From positions 176,200 to 240,199 of the forward strand of contig MNCI01000270.1 of NCBI GenBank assembly GCA_015680685.1: a DNA stretch of 64,000 nucleotides, read 5' to 3'. Each line of letters starts with the position of its first letter. Within the stretch, counting starts at the first letter, position 1. This DNA is from Gnetum montanum (Eukaryota > Plantae > Gnetophyta). The notes under the pieces are model-generated. The model did not search any database, was not told the DNA's origin, and saw nothing but the letters and a program-made list of their open reading frames with translations. The position numbers and the translations under genes are program-made. Below are positions 11,801 to 23,800 of the stretch, one piece after another.

Positions 11801-14800
11801 ATGTATCAAGTATTCATTTACAATGTTTATCATGAAGTTTTAGTTCTACAAGGTAATTTATTCATAAAGTTAGGCAAATATGGAACAGGTACCAAAACAG
11901 CAGAAACCAATGAAGGATTATTCAAAAGACTTAAAAATTCAGTCCAATTGAAAATCTTATACCCCACATAGGAGCTACCTAGGATCAGTGTTCCAATTAG
12001 ATGATGAAATTGATAAAGATATAAGAAATAAAATTAAGGCAAGATGGTTAAAATGGAGATAGACTAGTGGTGTTCTATGTGATAAAAGAGTACCAATAAA
12101 ATTAAAGAGAAAATTTTACATGACAGCAATCAGGCCTGCTATTGTATATGGTGCCGAATATTGGGTAGTACAAAAGAGGCATCAACAACAAATCAGTATG
12201 GTGGAAATGAGAATGCTGAGATGGATGATGAATGTTCCTAGAAGAGATAAACTGCACAACACAGATATTAAAGGAAGACTCGCAATAGCTTCTATTTCAG
12301 ATAAGTTTAAAAAATGATGGCTTGCATGGTTTGGGCATGTGCAAAAAAGATTAGACAACAAGCCTATAAAAAAAGATGGCTACATGTATCAAAAAAAGAT
12401 CATAGAACAAACCTATGAAAATTTGAGCATGGTTGACTTGGTTATGTACTTGCTGTTAAAGTCCCTATAGTAAGAGGTCACAAGTTCAATTCTCAATTGT
12501 ACATACAACTGGCAATTCAACTAGTACACTCATTCAATGTTAGTAAATAGGTTCCTACATCACTATTCCAGGAAAGCCAACCAAAAGAAAACTAAAAAAT
12601 ATGGGAAAAAACAATTGAAGATGATTTGAAGAAATTGCAAATAACCAAAGGTCTAGCTCTTTATAGAAGAGAAGGTGAAAAAGAACTTATGTACCTAACC
12701 TATTTTGTTAGGACAAAGGTAGATTGATGATAATGATGACCTTTGTCTTCCTTGAAATTGAAGAAAAATACATTCTGAAGGTTAAAGAGGTTTTGGACCA
12801 TTTTGAACAAGTTTCAAAATTAAAAATTAACTTTAATAAAAGCATTTTGTTTCCTTTTCATCTTTCAGATACAACAAAGAAAAATACTTTAAATCTGTTA
12901 AATTTTCAGTGGACAAGTCTTCAAAGAAAATATTTGAAGAAAATACGTCAAAACATAATGTATTCTTGGTATCCCAATCTTAGCCTAGGATAACTAGAAA
13001 ATACTACCTGGTAAGAACTGGGAGAATAATGATGGAAGCGAAGGGAGCAGGAGCGAAGGGAACGGGAGCAACAGGCGTGGGAGCAACGGTGGCGACAAGG
13101 GCAAGGGCCAAAGGAAGTAATGGAGTGACCAAACACAGAGGAGAAATAGGTGTAGATGAGAACAGGCATGAAATGAGGGTTAGGGTTTCCCCGAAGGAGA
13201 GGGGTAACGAAGATTTTGAAGCATGTTCCAAGGAAGGGGCCATCATGCGGCTCAATGTGGGCCGCCTACCCAAGCAAACTATGCAAGCACTGGAGCAAAG
13301 TCTACTTGGAAAATTTGTATCTGAGGAGGTGCACCCGTGCATGGACTTGATTAGAAAGTGGGTCTAGGTGACCTAGGGTCTAGAGAACGTTCACGTTAGG
13401 AGTTTGGCAGATGACCGGCTACTCTTCATTTTTCAAAAAATTGAAGATAGGGATAGGATCCTGTTAGGGGGCCTATGGTTCTATGGGGCTCGAGGGCTCG
13501 CTCTGGCTCCTTGGAGGCCTGGGGCACATAGGGATGCAAGTTTATTCAACTGTGCATCGGTCTAGATTCAGTTGTTTGACCTACCATTGGAATACTAGGC
13601 ACTAGGTTTCTTGAAGTCCCTAGTGGGGCTCTTCAAGAGTTTATCAAATTTGATGCCTTCACGACATCAATGGATAGAATGGGATATGCCCATTTCTATG
13701 TATGGTGGTTGTTGCAGCCTAAGGATAGGGTAACTAAGGTCATCCTAGACACGGCCATGGGTGAAGAAAAGATCAGGGTCAAATACGAAAACTTGCTGAA
13801 GGTGCACAAGAAAGAAACGCACGTCTGCAAGACTTGTGGGAAAGGGCACCCCACTTCATAATGTCACTACGGGTTGACCAAGTCCAATCAGGGATGCAGC
13901 ATGGTTGGCTAGAAAGGCCAAATCTAGAAGCAAGGGTCGCTATTAGGGAATGGTGGGAGACCCCATAACCCATGTCCCACTACAAATGGGGGTGGACTGG
14001 ATTCGAAAAGGGGGAATGTGTTGCCTCGCATTGAAGAGGGAAAAGAGGAACCATTGCTGAAGGAAGGCCAAAAAGATGGGACATCGAGTCGGGATGGGCT
14101 AGGGGGTAGCAAAGAGATCTTGGGTTCTACCTGTACCCCACCATCTAAAAGGATGGCCATGCCAAAGGAATTGAGGCTGAAATTGCCTCCACTGGGGGAA
14201 TGGATAACCCTCGGACGGGGGTCTTTGAGGCCAAAAATAAAGGACATACTGGCGATGAAGACAACCGGCTTGACTAGTGTAGTAGTCACCCCACCAGAGA
14301 GCAAAGTTGGGCACCCGAACAAAATGACAACCTGCAAGAAGTCCACACAATTGGATATTGATTTGGGGGTGCAAAGGACACTTTGGGAGGTATATTGCAG
14401 ATGGGTGTCTGTATCTCCATGAAAGTCCTCACCAGGAATTGTCGGGGCCAGGGTACCCTATACAAAAGAAGTACCCTGAAAATGATTGTTCGGGAAGCAA
14501 GATGCAATGTGGTCTGCTTACAGGAGATGAAGCTGCAAACATCAAAGCGGAAGCTACTGCAATGGGAGTGATGGAGTGTGCACATGGTGCCAAGTAGGGG
14601 TCAAGCAGGAGGGTTGGCAATTCTAGCTAAAATCTCAGTAAGCTTTGTGGACGACTCCAACTGGAGTCAAATAGTTTACGTGCCACAAGCAAACCTTTGG
14701 CTCACAGATGTTTACAAGGCACAAGACTCGGAGGCCTAGGTCCAAGAATTGAGACATGCTGCCAATGTAATTCCCAACACTACCAGATGGATGTTGCTTG

Positions 14801-17800
14801 GAGATTTTAATCAAAGATTGTAATTGCTGGGAAAAATCTAGGAGTGATAGCATAGAACCTCCGAGGGCCGAGGACTGCGCTAATTTTCTCCACCAACATG
14901 ATTTGGTGGACCTGGAGATTATGGGATGTAGATATACATGGAGCAATAGACAAAGGGGACCATACCAAGTGCAGTCCACAATCGACCGGATATGGGTTAG
15001 TTCACACCTAATGATAGAATTTGACATCAAGGCAAAAGGTAAAGAATGACAGGCTTCAGATCACCGGTCCATCCTCTATCATATCTAGTCTAAGGAGGGT
15101 CGAGACCTTTGGCCTTTTCAATATAAAAGAACTTGGCTGCACAAATCTTGGTTGAAACCATTGGTCCACAATATCTGGCAGGCCTACACAAGGGAGCAAG
15201 AACCTAAATAGTTTCTAAAAGATGGACTATGGGCTCTTAAACAAAACATCAAGACCAAATCAACAAACAACAAGTACAGTTTCCGAGGTTACCAGAAGCA
15301 AGTATAGGAGAAATTACGGGAAATCCAACAATTGCAGAGACGAGGGCCAACCTAGAAAATGAAGAACATGAGTTGCTATGGGAACTCTAGGAGCTCGATA
15401 GGGAGGAAGAGAGTTACTAGTGACAGCAATCATGGGTTTCTTGGTTGAGGGAAGGGGACAAGCACACAAGGTTTTTCTTTGCTTCTGCAAAAACCAATAG
15501 GGCATACAAGAACTAAATCCAGAACCTGCTGGAGGGCATGGGTGGGGGAGGACCATAGAGTAGTAGGCAGGGGCTAGAAGCCTTGCAAACATTTTGGTGG
15601 GAGATTTGGAGGTGGTGGGTAATAGAGCATATCTCAGTCCCAATACCACAAGTCCTTACAAGGGTCGACAACCTCAATTTGTTGCATCCATTTTCATGGG
15701 AAGAGCTAAGCAGGGTTATGAAGTCGATGCTGCCTAACAAAGCTCTAGGGTCGATTAGGTGGCCCATCAGATTTTTCAAGGAGTACAAAGACATCTTGGG
15801 GGCCAATCTATTGGACACTTTCAATAGCATGCTTAGCTAGCAATAGTTGAGAAGAGAAATCAACTGCTCACAAGTGGTGCTGCTACCCCCAAAGTGGCTT
15901 ATCCATCATCACCAGGACACTTCCGACCCATTGAAGTTTGTAATACTCTCCTGCAGGTTTTCTCCAAGAAATTGGTTGGGCATGTTGCACCATTAATAAT
16001 GAAATTGGTGGGGGAACATTAGGCTAGATTTGTCAAGGGACACCTTCTGCAGGATCAAGTGCTGCTGTTGCAAGAGATCCTACACTCACTTAAGGTGGTT
16101 GTATTCCTGGGAATGTGTATTAAACTCGATATCACAAAGGCCTACAATATGGTGAGTTGGGTGATGCTCCAAGTAGTAATGCAAGCAAAGGGTTTTGATG
16201 CTAGGTTTGTAAACCTATGCATTCAAATGCAAAGAGGCGGTCGCTACTCTTTTGACATTGATGGGAGGTTATGGGGATTCCAAGCAATGGGGAAAGGGTT
16301 AAGGAGTGGGGAAAGGGTTAAGGAGAGGTGATCTATTGTCGCCGCTCCTCTTTATCATGGTGATGGACCTGTTCAAATGCTACTGCCTTGCCGAAGAAGT
16401 TCAGGGGCTCAATATTGTTGGGGTGCACTGTCTGGCAGCACACTATGCAAATGACACGATGATCTTCTCCAGGGTTGCGGTGCTATAGGCAGAGGCTCTG
16501 CTATAGGCACTTGATCGGATGCAACGAGAGGTGGGCTTGAAATTAACAAAGGGAAGTCGGCCATACACCTCATCAACACAGCGGGGATGATAAGGATCAA
16601 AATTATTTAGACCTTCGGAATTCTACCAAGCAATGCATAGGACACCTATTTGGGCATGCCCATATTTGATTGGCAACAGAAGAAGTCATGGGTGGGTATG
16701 GTGGAGCATGTTCAACAAAAAACCACGCTCTAGATTGGTCATTTCCTTGCTTGGAAAGCGAAGATGGTGCTTCCTACTACGGTCCTAGTGGCGACCGCCA
16801 GATTTGCGGCATCCATGGCCACGCCGCCTACTACAGTGATGAAGAAAATAGACAGCATCGTTAGAGATTTCATGTGGTCAGGAGGAAAAGGGGGCAGAAA
16901 GATGCATTTGGTGTCCTGGGCAATGATAGCGTGTCCAAAGCCGGTGGGTGGATTTGGCATCTTACAATTTGGGGATGAGGTAACATTAGGCCTGCAATGG
17001 TTGCTTAACAGATTTCTGGTGCAAACAGAGGGGGCGGCATTGTGGATGCAGTTACTGCAGTGGAAATACAGTCGCTGGGAGGCTAATATGGACATCTCCT
17101 AGCTCTGAAAAAATCTGTGTCGTCATGCTAGTGCGGTGGAGCATCTTGATTTACTAGGGCAACACCCAAAGGAGATTGTCAAATATATATACGCGCCAGA
17201 GAATGGATGGGTGGAGATTTGGAAAGATTGTCTTCCTAAAAAGATAAAGGCTTTTGGGTGGTTAATAAAGCACAAGGCGTTGTCATTGAGAGCCACGTTG
17301 AGGGAGAGAGGAATACAAAAGGCCAACTGTCCACTTTGCCACGTTGAGCCCAAAACGTTGCAACACTTTATTTATGAGTGTTGGGTAACTCAGGCAATCT
17401 GGCATTTCGCCAATGTTACCCCTGCTATTGTTTGCCACGGGGATTCTTTTGTGCTCGCCACACGGTGGGTTCTTTGGAGGCACCAAAACTTGCTAGTCTT
17501 CAATGGGCAAGCCCTACTTGCAACAACGACAGTTGTTCAGGTGGCACATTTACTATAGGCAGAGGCTACAGAGGTCATGGAGTAGCAACTTCTCTTTGAA
17601 CCCTCATGGACGAAGTTCTTAGGGGAGCACGAGTTATGAACGTTGGTGGAACAACTGGACTGGGCAAACATGCTCAAACACTTGGAAGGAGAGCCAAGCC
17701 TATCCACAAAGTAGTTCTATGATAACTGGGAAGGAAATAAAACACAGTATCAAGGTAAAAAGATCAAGGTGTCAGTGTAGGCCTTGGCAACTACGTTGGG

Positions 17801-20800
17801 GATGAACGTAGAAGGGGAGGTTATTGCATCGGTCGCTCGGGCACAAATGGATGCGGTGGAATTCTTCCTTGGAACAATACCCAAGACTGCCAATGGACAT
17901 ATTCGAAAGTCTGGGCTATAGGGCATTTGGCAGGAAGCAGTGGTTTTAGTGGAAAGGTATTTCGTGCAGACAAGATACCCCCACAAGCTCATGGATGTCC
18001 ATTTCATGTTCTTAAAGCATATGTGACATAGCACCCCCATCAACTTGCCTCAGTTTTGCTGGGAGTCCCTGCAAAGGAGGCAACCTAGACGGCACCTGGG
18101 AGTAATTCTTGCACTGTGGTGGGTAGATGTGCCAATCACACTGCTAGCAACAACAATAGTTTATCAACAAAGGTGGAGCCAAGGACAGGGAGCCAAGACG
18201 CCAATGCTAGGAAGTGGTGGCACTACTTTGCATAGGGATGAGGGGCTGACTCGACCAACTGGCAGCCAAACACTTTTGAAGGAGTGTTGCCTTGCTGCCA
18301 AGTAGGTGTGCTAGGTTGAATAGGAACAATGGCAATTGCAGTGGGAGAATCTATGGAAAGAGGCTCAACAGGAGGTGACTTCCATGCAAATTAAGCACCT
18401 ATGATGGATGGAAGTGTTGATTGTTGAACACCAAACAAGGCTAGCGTAGCTCATAGAAGAGAATAATCAGATGTTGGCACTTGAGACCAAAACCACAATC
18501 ACACAGACCATGGCTGATACAGTGCCTTCCACAACTTCGGCCGAGGCTGAGAGCAGGAGATCAACATCTAGAACGAGCAAGATGGCGGGGCTGAGCAAGT
18601 TGGGCCAAGACACGAACATCTAGTGGTTGTGCGGCCTACCCGAGGGGGTTAGGGTTTCTTTAGGTTTCTTCCCTGTTGTTCTTCTCTATTTTCTCTTAGT
18701 TTTGCCTACCCGCTTGGGCTGGGTTGCGAGGGTGAGAGGCTTGAAAGGGGGGAGGGTTTCTAGCATAAGTTCCTGGCAAGGAACATGATGCGGGAAGGAT
18801 TTTGAATCTAGCAATTTGTTTTGTTTTGGGGGCATGGGGTTGTTGACCCACGCTATACATTTGTACAACTTTTTTTTTATTAATACAGCTTGACATTTTC
18901 CAACAAAAAAAAAAGAAGAAAATATTTGAACATACTTTTATTTTGAAGAATAAATAAATTAAAATTGTAGACTAGGATTTTGGAGATGATGTCTCAGAGA
19001 TTAACTAGCTGGCAAGAAACTTGTTACCATGTTTAGAAGATTACATCACAGTTTTTCTTCAATTTATTCCACTATATTGAGCATCATGTCTTTCAACCCC
19101 AAACAAGGTAGTAAAGAGACTTCAAAAATTAAAATGTGATTCTTTAGTAGGATTTAGAAAAACACAAAAAATGCATTTATTGAATTGGGATGTAGTTTGT
19201 CATCCAAGGAATTTACAAAATTACTAAGTATAGTGTAAAGATTATCTTGTCCCTCCAAATTACCTATTTATGTCAATTAGTCCTTTGTCTAAGTTTCATC
19301 TCTTAGTTATTTAAATTTAATGTTATCAAGGTCATGTTAGTCATGTTAGTGTTAGAAGTTATGTTTCAAAGTTGTTTTATGTTTAAGAGTCTTATTTAAG
19401 TCTATAGTCCAAAAATGGAAAGAGGGGTTAAGAAGTCCTCATGATGTATTCATGCAACATTTGGCATAGTTCCCCAACGTCCCCAAGTTATTTGCTCCTG
19501 AAGTCCCCTTAGGATTCATGTTCTTTTTCCTTTTCTTGCTTTTATCTCACAATGTTTCACAATTTCACATGATGCTTTAGCCCATATTGGCATTCTCACA
19601 CACATCTCAGAATGATATCTCATATTTCACATTAAATTCTCATTAATCTCACAATCTCTCATGTTTATATCACATTTTACAACATATCTCTCAATTTTCA
19701 TTACATGCATGTTGAATTTCTATCAAGTTTCAGTGAATAAAATATGTTTTATGTAGGAATCATGGTAAATGTTATATTTTAAGATAATTTCAGTTCAATC
19801 TTTCCCTTATCAATCAATCTATACTCCATTTTAAAGGGTTTTAATTCTTCTGGATCCACTTGAAACCCCAAGTTCAGTCTCAATTAATCTATCAATTTTA
19901 TATTTGTAAGGACTAAGGCATGAATTTGAATGTAAGAATTAGTTCCATGTGAATCAATAGCTGGGTCTAACTGATTTTATGAGATCTTTCATGATTTGTA
20001 GTTGCTTTCTCTAATTTCATATGATCAAGGCATATAACCCTTGAATTTGTAATTGAATATCACCAATATCATGTTGCATGTCATAATTAGTGATGGATCT
20101 AGTCACTGTCATGTTGATTCAGTTAATTTCATAAAGAATCAAGCCTAACTAGCCCATTTAAATCTCAATTCGAAGTGCTTCCACTTTCGTTCTTATGGTG
20201 CAAATCCCACCACAACCCTATTCATCGCTCACAATTCACCCAGGTTTGCTCTCAAGTTTTCTCTAAGAAAAACTGCAACCCATGGTCTTCACCGCAACTT
20301 GTAGTCCAAGTCATAGCTTCGTTACAACTCACAGTCAATTAATACTACCACTACGACCCATGGTTTTACCAGTGGTCATAACTAGTTTCTATAACTGATT
20401 TTGTAGCAAACCACAATTCACAATCCCTCTTGCAATCTCCATTGTGGCTTGTGATTAACTCATAGTTTTATAGGTAGTCCACCATTATTAAGATTTGACT
20501 TGTGGTTAGCATTTCCAGCATACTGTCCATCCTAATGATTTAGACACCGGAGGCTCACTTTGCTACAGTTGCATGCTCTAACAATTTGAATATGGCTCTT
20601 TTTCAGAAAGTTAGCTTGGAAAATTATGAATGAAATGTTGTGCATTAAAGTAATGAAGGCTGCATGCAAGACTGATTTTCTTTGTCAGCAAGAAGAGGCC
20701 AAGTACTTGCAACGGAAACAAGACTTGGAGGAGTGATGAAGGAGGGATTTTGCAAAGGCAGCTACTAGGGAAGCCCTGGAGAGGGACTTGTGGGAGGCTT

Positions 20801-23800
20801 TGCGGGCGCAAATCCAAGAGGAGGCACACCTGCAAGAGCTTCGGAAAAAGGAAGATTAGAACAGACGTGCACGCGAGGAACAAGAGGTGCCTGTGATCCA
20901 ACAACAGTTGGATCTGGCTAATGCCCAAAGAGCCAGGGCTTGGCTGAGGCAGGGACAGTGCCCTTACGTTATTCTGAACATAGGGTGTACCACTTCATGG
21001 CATGCACTCCGACACCATGTCAAGCGCAATAGCAAAGACTTGTGTCCGGATGGTAAGGGCACAGAGAAGGAATGCAAGAGGAAAGCGGAGGAGTTCAAAA
21101 ACTTCCAGAAAGCAGCTCATTTTGTGGATTCAGAACGTCATAGGAATATGCTAGATATGATCCATAGAAGGAGAGGGCATACTAGCCTTCCCACCCATTT
21201 ACAAGGGTGATGCTTTTCGGTTGTGGGGCTGGTTTGTTGTGTTTTGACTTCACGTTTGGTTGTGCCGATTCTTTCTTTTTGTTGCATGTGTTGTCCTTTT
21301 GAGGTTTTGTCATCTTTTTCAAGCTAGCATGATGTTGCTGGTGGGGGTTGACTTCACCCAATTTTGCTTGTGAGGGTGGTTGGCTGAAATCGGGTGTGTA
21401 GGGCGTTTAGGCCATTTTTTTGTATAGTCATGTTTATATTAATATGCTTCCTGAACTTTTTCAAAAAAAAAAAAAGTAATGAAGGCTGAATATTTGAGCC
21501 ACATAACAAATTGTCTAGAAGGACCACATACTATCGGTGCTTCCACAATATAGGTAAATCTTGAAAAAGACACACATGGAGGAGAAATCATTGCATGAAA
21601 TCTCAAGATGATGAATGGTTATGGGAAAATAAACATTCTAACAAAGTGGTAGAGGCTAATGATACTTTATGCCCAACTCAAATGGATAAAAAAGATATTT
21701 GCTAGAAGAAAGTGGGCCTAATCCTTAAAGGCTACATCTTTTTTGAGTTTGCCCGAAAAGAGAAAATTTTAGCAATAGATAATTTGTTAAAGCAAGGATA
21801 CATAATGATTAATAGATGTTTCTATAAGAATGCTTCTAAAGATGGTAATCATCTCTTTCTACACGTCTTGCAATTGATCATATTTTGAAACATAGTTGCA
21901 AAGCTACAAATCAGCATTTTATTATGCCAAAATTTTTACAAGATGTTGCAGTAATTTGCACTAGGATTGGTGAAACTCAACGAATTACTGAAATTTTGGG
22001 GTGCTTTGCTAGCACATATGATCTTTTAAATCTCGAAAGAAAGAAACCAATGGACTTTTGAAGGGACAAAAATCAATCTAGATAGAGTATGGTGGTTAGC
22101 AATAAAAAATTGGGAAGAGAATGTGGGATATAAAATGGAAGTTGACTGCCTAAGTATTTGAGCCTTACACAATTGTACTTTTTATTTCCAAGGATAACAA
22201 AAGATTGTATCTTGATATGGCTATTTTATCTTTTTAGAAATTTTATCATTTCATATTGGGTACTCATAAGATCCCAAGAATAATCTTATTGTACTTTAAT
22301 TATTATATTATTCATATAAACCTTATTTTATTAATGTAGTCTATTTTTTCTTGTTCCAAAAAAAAATCTTTTCAAACTGATAATCACACATTATCATCAT
22401 GTTTGATCATTTTGCCTTTATAAAATCAAAGAGCTTTGTGTACTGAACAGACCTTGTTAAGGGATGTCCATCACAACCCATGAAAACTTGCCCCTGAAAT
22501 TTCTTTTCAAGTATGAGTTTGCATAATAAAGCAGCATCCTGAAACACAAACAAAATTTTCAGATTTTCCTTTACAACTGAAATTCAGAAGATACCGAGAA
22601 ACATGCACACTAAAGAAAAAATTACTTCATATCACTATAACAAAAAACCAATGATGCTAATAATAGTGGTAGCGTATTGCACTGTGCTTATTGATCTATA
22701 ACTGTATTGTTATTTTACTACAGTTATCAATTTATTACTACCATTAACGTCCATACTGGTTTGTCATTTGTTTACAACAATGCATTTAAAGGGATCTTAC
22801 TAACCAAGACTAGGAAAAAGGGCAAATTCATTTCTTAACAAACTACAAGTTATAACTATCTTCTTAACCAAAATGTTTTAGATAGGATCTATAATAGCAT
22901 GCTTATATATAATATCTGAATCAAGATCACGAAAGTTTCCAATTACAGCAGTAAATTCTTTTTATTTTGGCATTCGGTTTCAATAGTTAGTGACTTGATA
23001 GCAATTCAACATTTTTAACAACCGTTAATGCCTTTAAAAAATGCTGCTGCTATTTAAGACCATACCAACTTAGGGCCACACGAAGTGTTTTCCATGACTT
23101 GTAGATGCCAAGTCATTACTTTTTTGGAACGTGAACAAAAGGGGGTGAAAATTGCTTTGCTATAGTCAACCTAGGTAAACAAAAACTTCATGCACAGAAC
23201 AATCAACAAAAGAAAGAAAATCAAAATTAATTTTGAACCACGCTGTTCAAACCATCTAAAATATAAATAAGCCTACGGCATCTGAAATAAAATAGTAATA
23301 CATAATAGTTTCCTGTTCAACACCAAGAAAACTTTCAATTAAAATGAAGACAACATTCAGGTCTGCTACCTTAGATAGTGTTGAATGTTAGGCAATACAA
23401 AAGAGGCATGAACAACAAATCAGTGTGGCAGAAATGCAAATGCTTAGATGGAGGTTGAATGTCACCAAAAAAGATAAACTGCATAATACAAAACATTAGA
23501 GGAAAACATGGAGTTGCTTCTATTTCAGATAAGTTGCAGGAATGGTGTGTTAGATGGTTTAGGCATATGCAAAGAAGATTAGATAACAAGCCTATAAGAC
23601 AAGGTTGATGCATCACTATTCTAATAAAACCACTGAAAGAAAGACCAAAAAAGACAGGAAAAAATGGTTGAAAATGATCTGAAGAAATTACAAATAAACA
23701 AAGACCTAGCTCTTCATAGAGGCAAATGGCAAAAAAGAACTCATGTAGCTGACCCCATTTTGTTGGAACAAGGCTAAGATGATAATGATGATGATGAACA

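Larger units (their letters stand above)
11890..22366 (+). mobile_element. Older, AT-rich L1 LINE of a different family, fragmented by four later insertions (pieces about 11890-11970, 12740-12938, 18931-19215, 20584-20662, 21489-22366); may extend 5' to about 10710
   Basis: Colinear L1 ORF2 motifs: FVFLE...LDHFEQVSKLKINFNKS, KYL...RLTSWQ, KMHLLNWDVVCHP, NMALF..KLAWK and KILAIDNLLKQGYIMINRC...NHLFLH. An A-run lies at about 22358-22366. Confidence 0.75.

Noticed and set aside
16288-16325. 19-bp tandem duplication in the RT of copy B as a programmed frameshift
   Set aside because: It is absent from copies A, C and D, so it is a private inactivating mutation.
20887-21210. J-domain ORF as an independent host DnaJ gene or processed pseudogene
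   Set aside because: Homologous sequence forms the 3' end of LINE copies A and C, and this copy has a LINE-type UTR, poly(A) and TSD.
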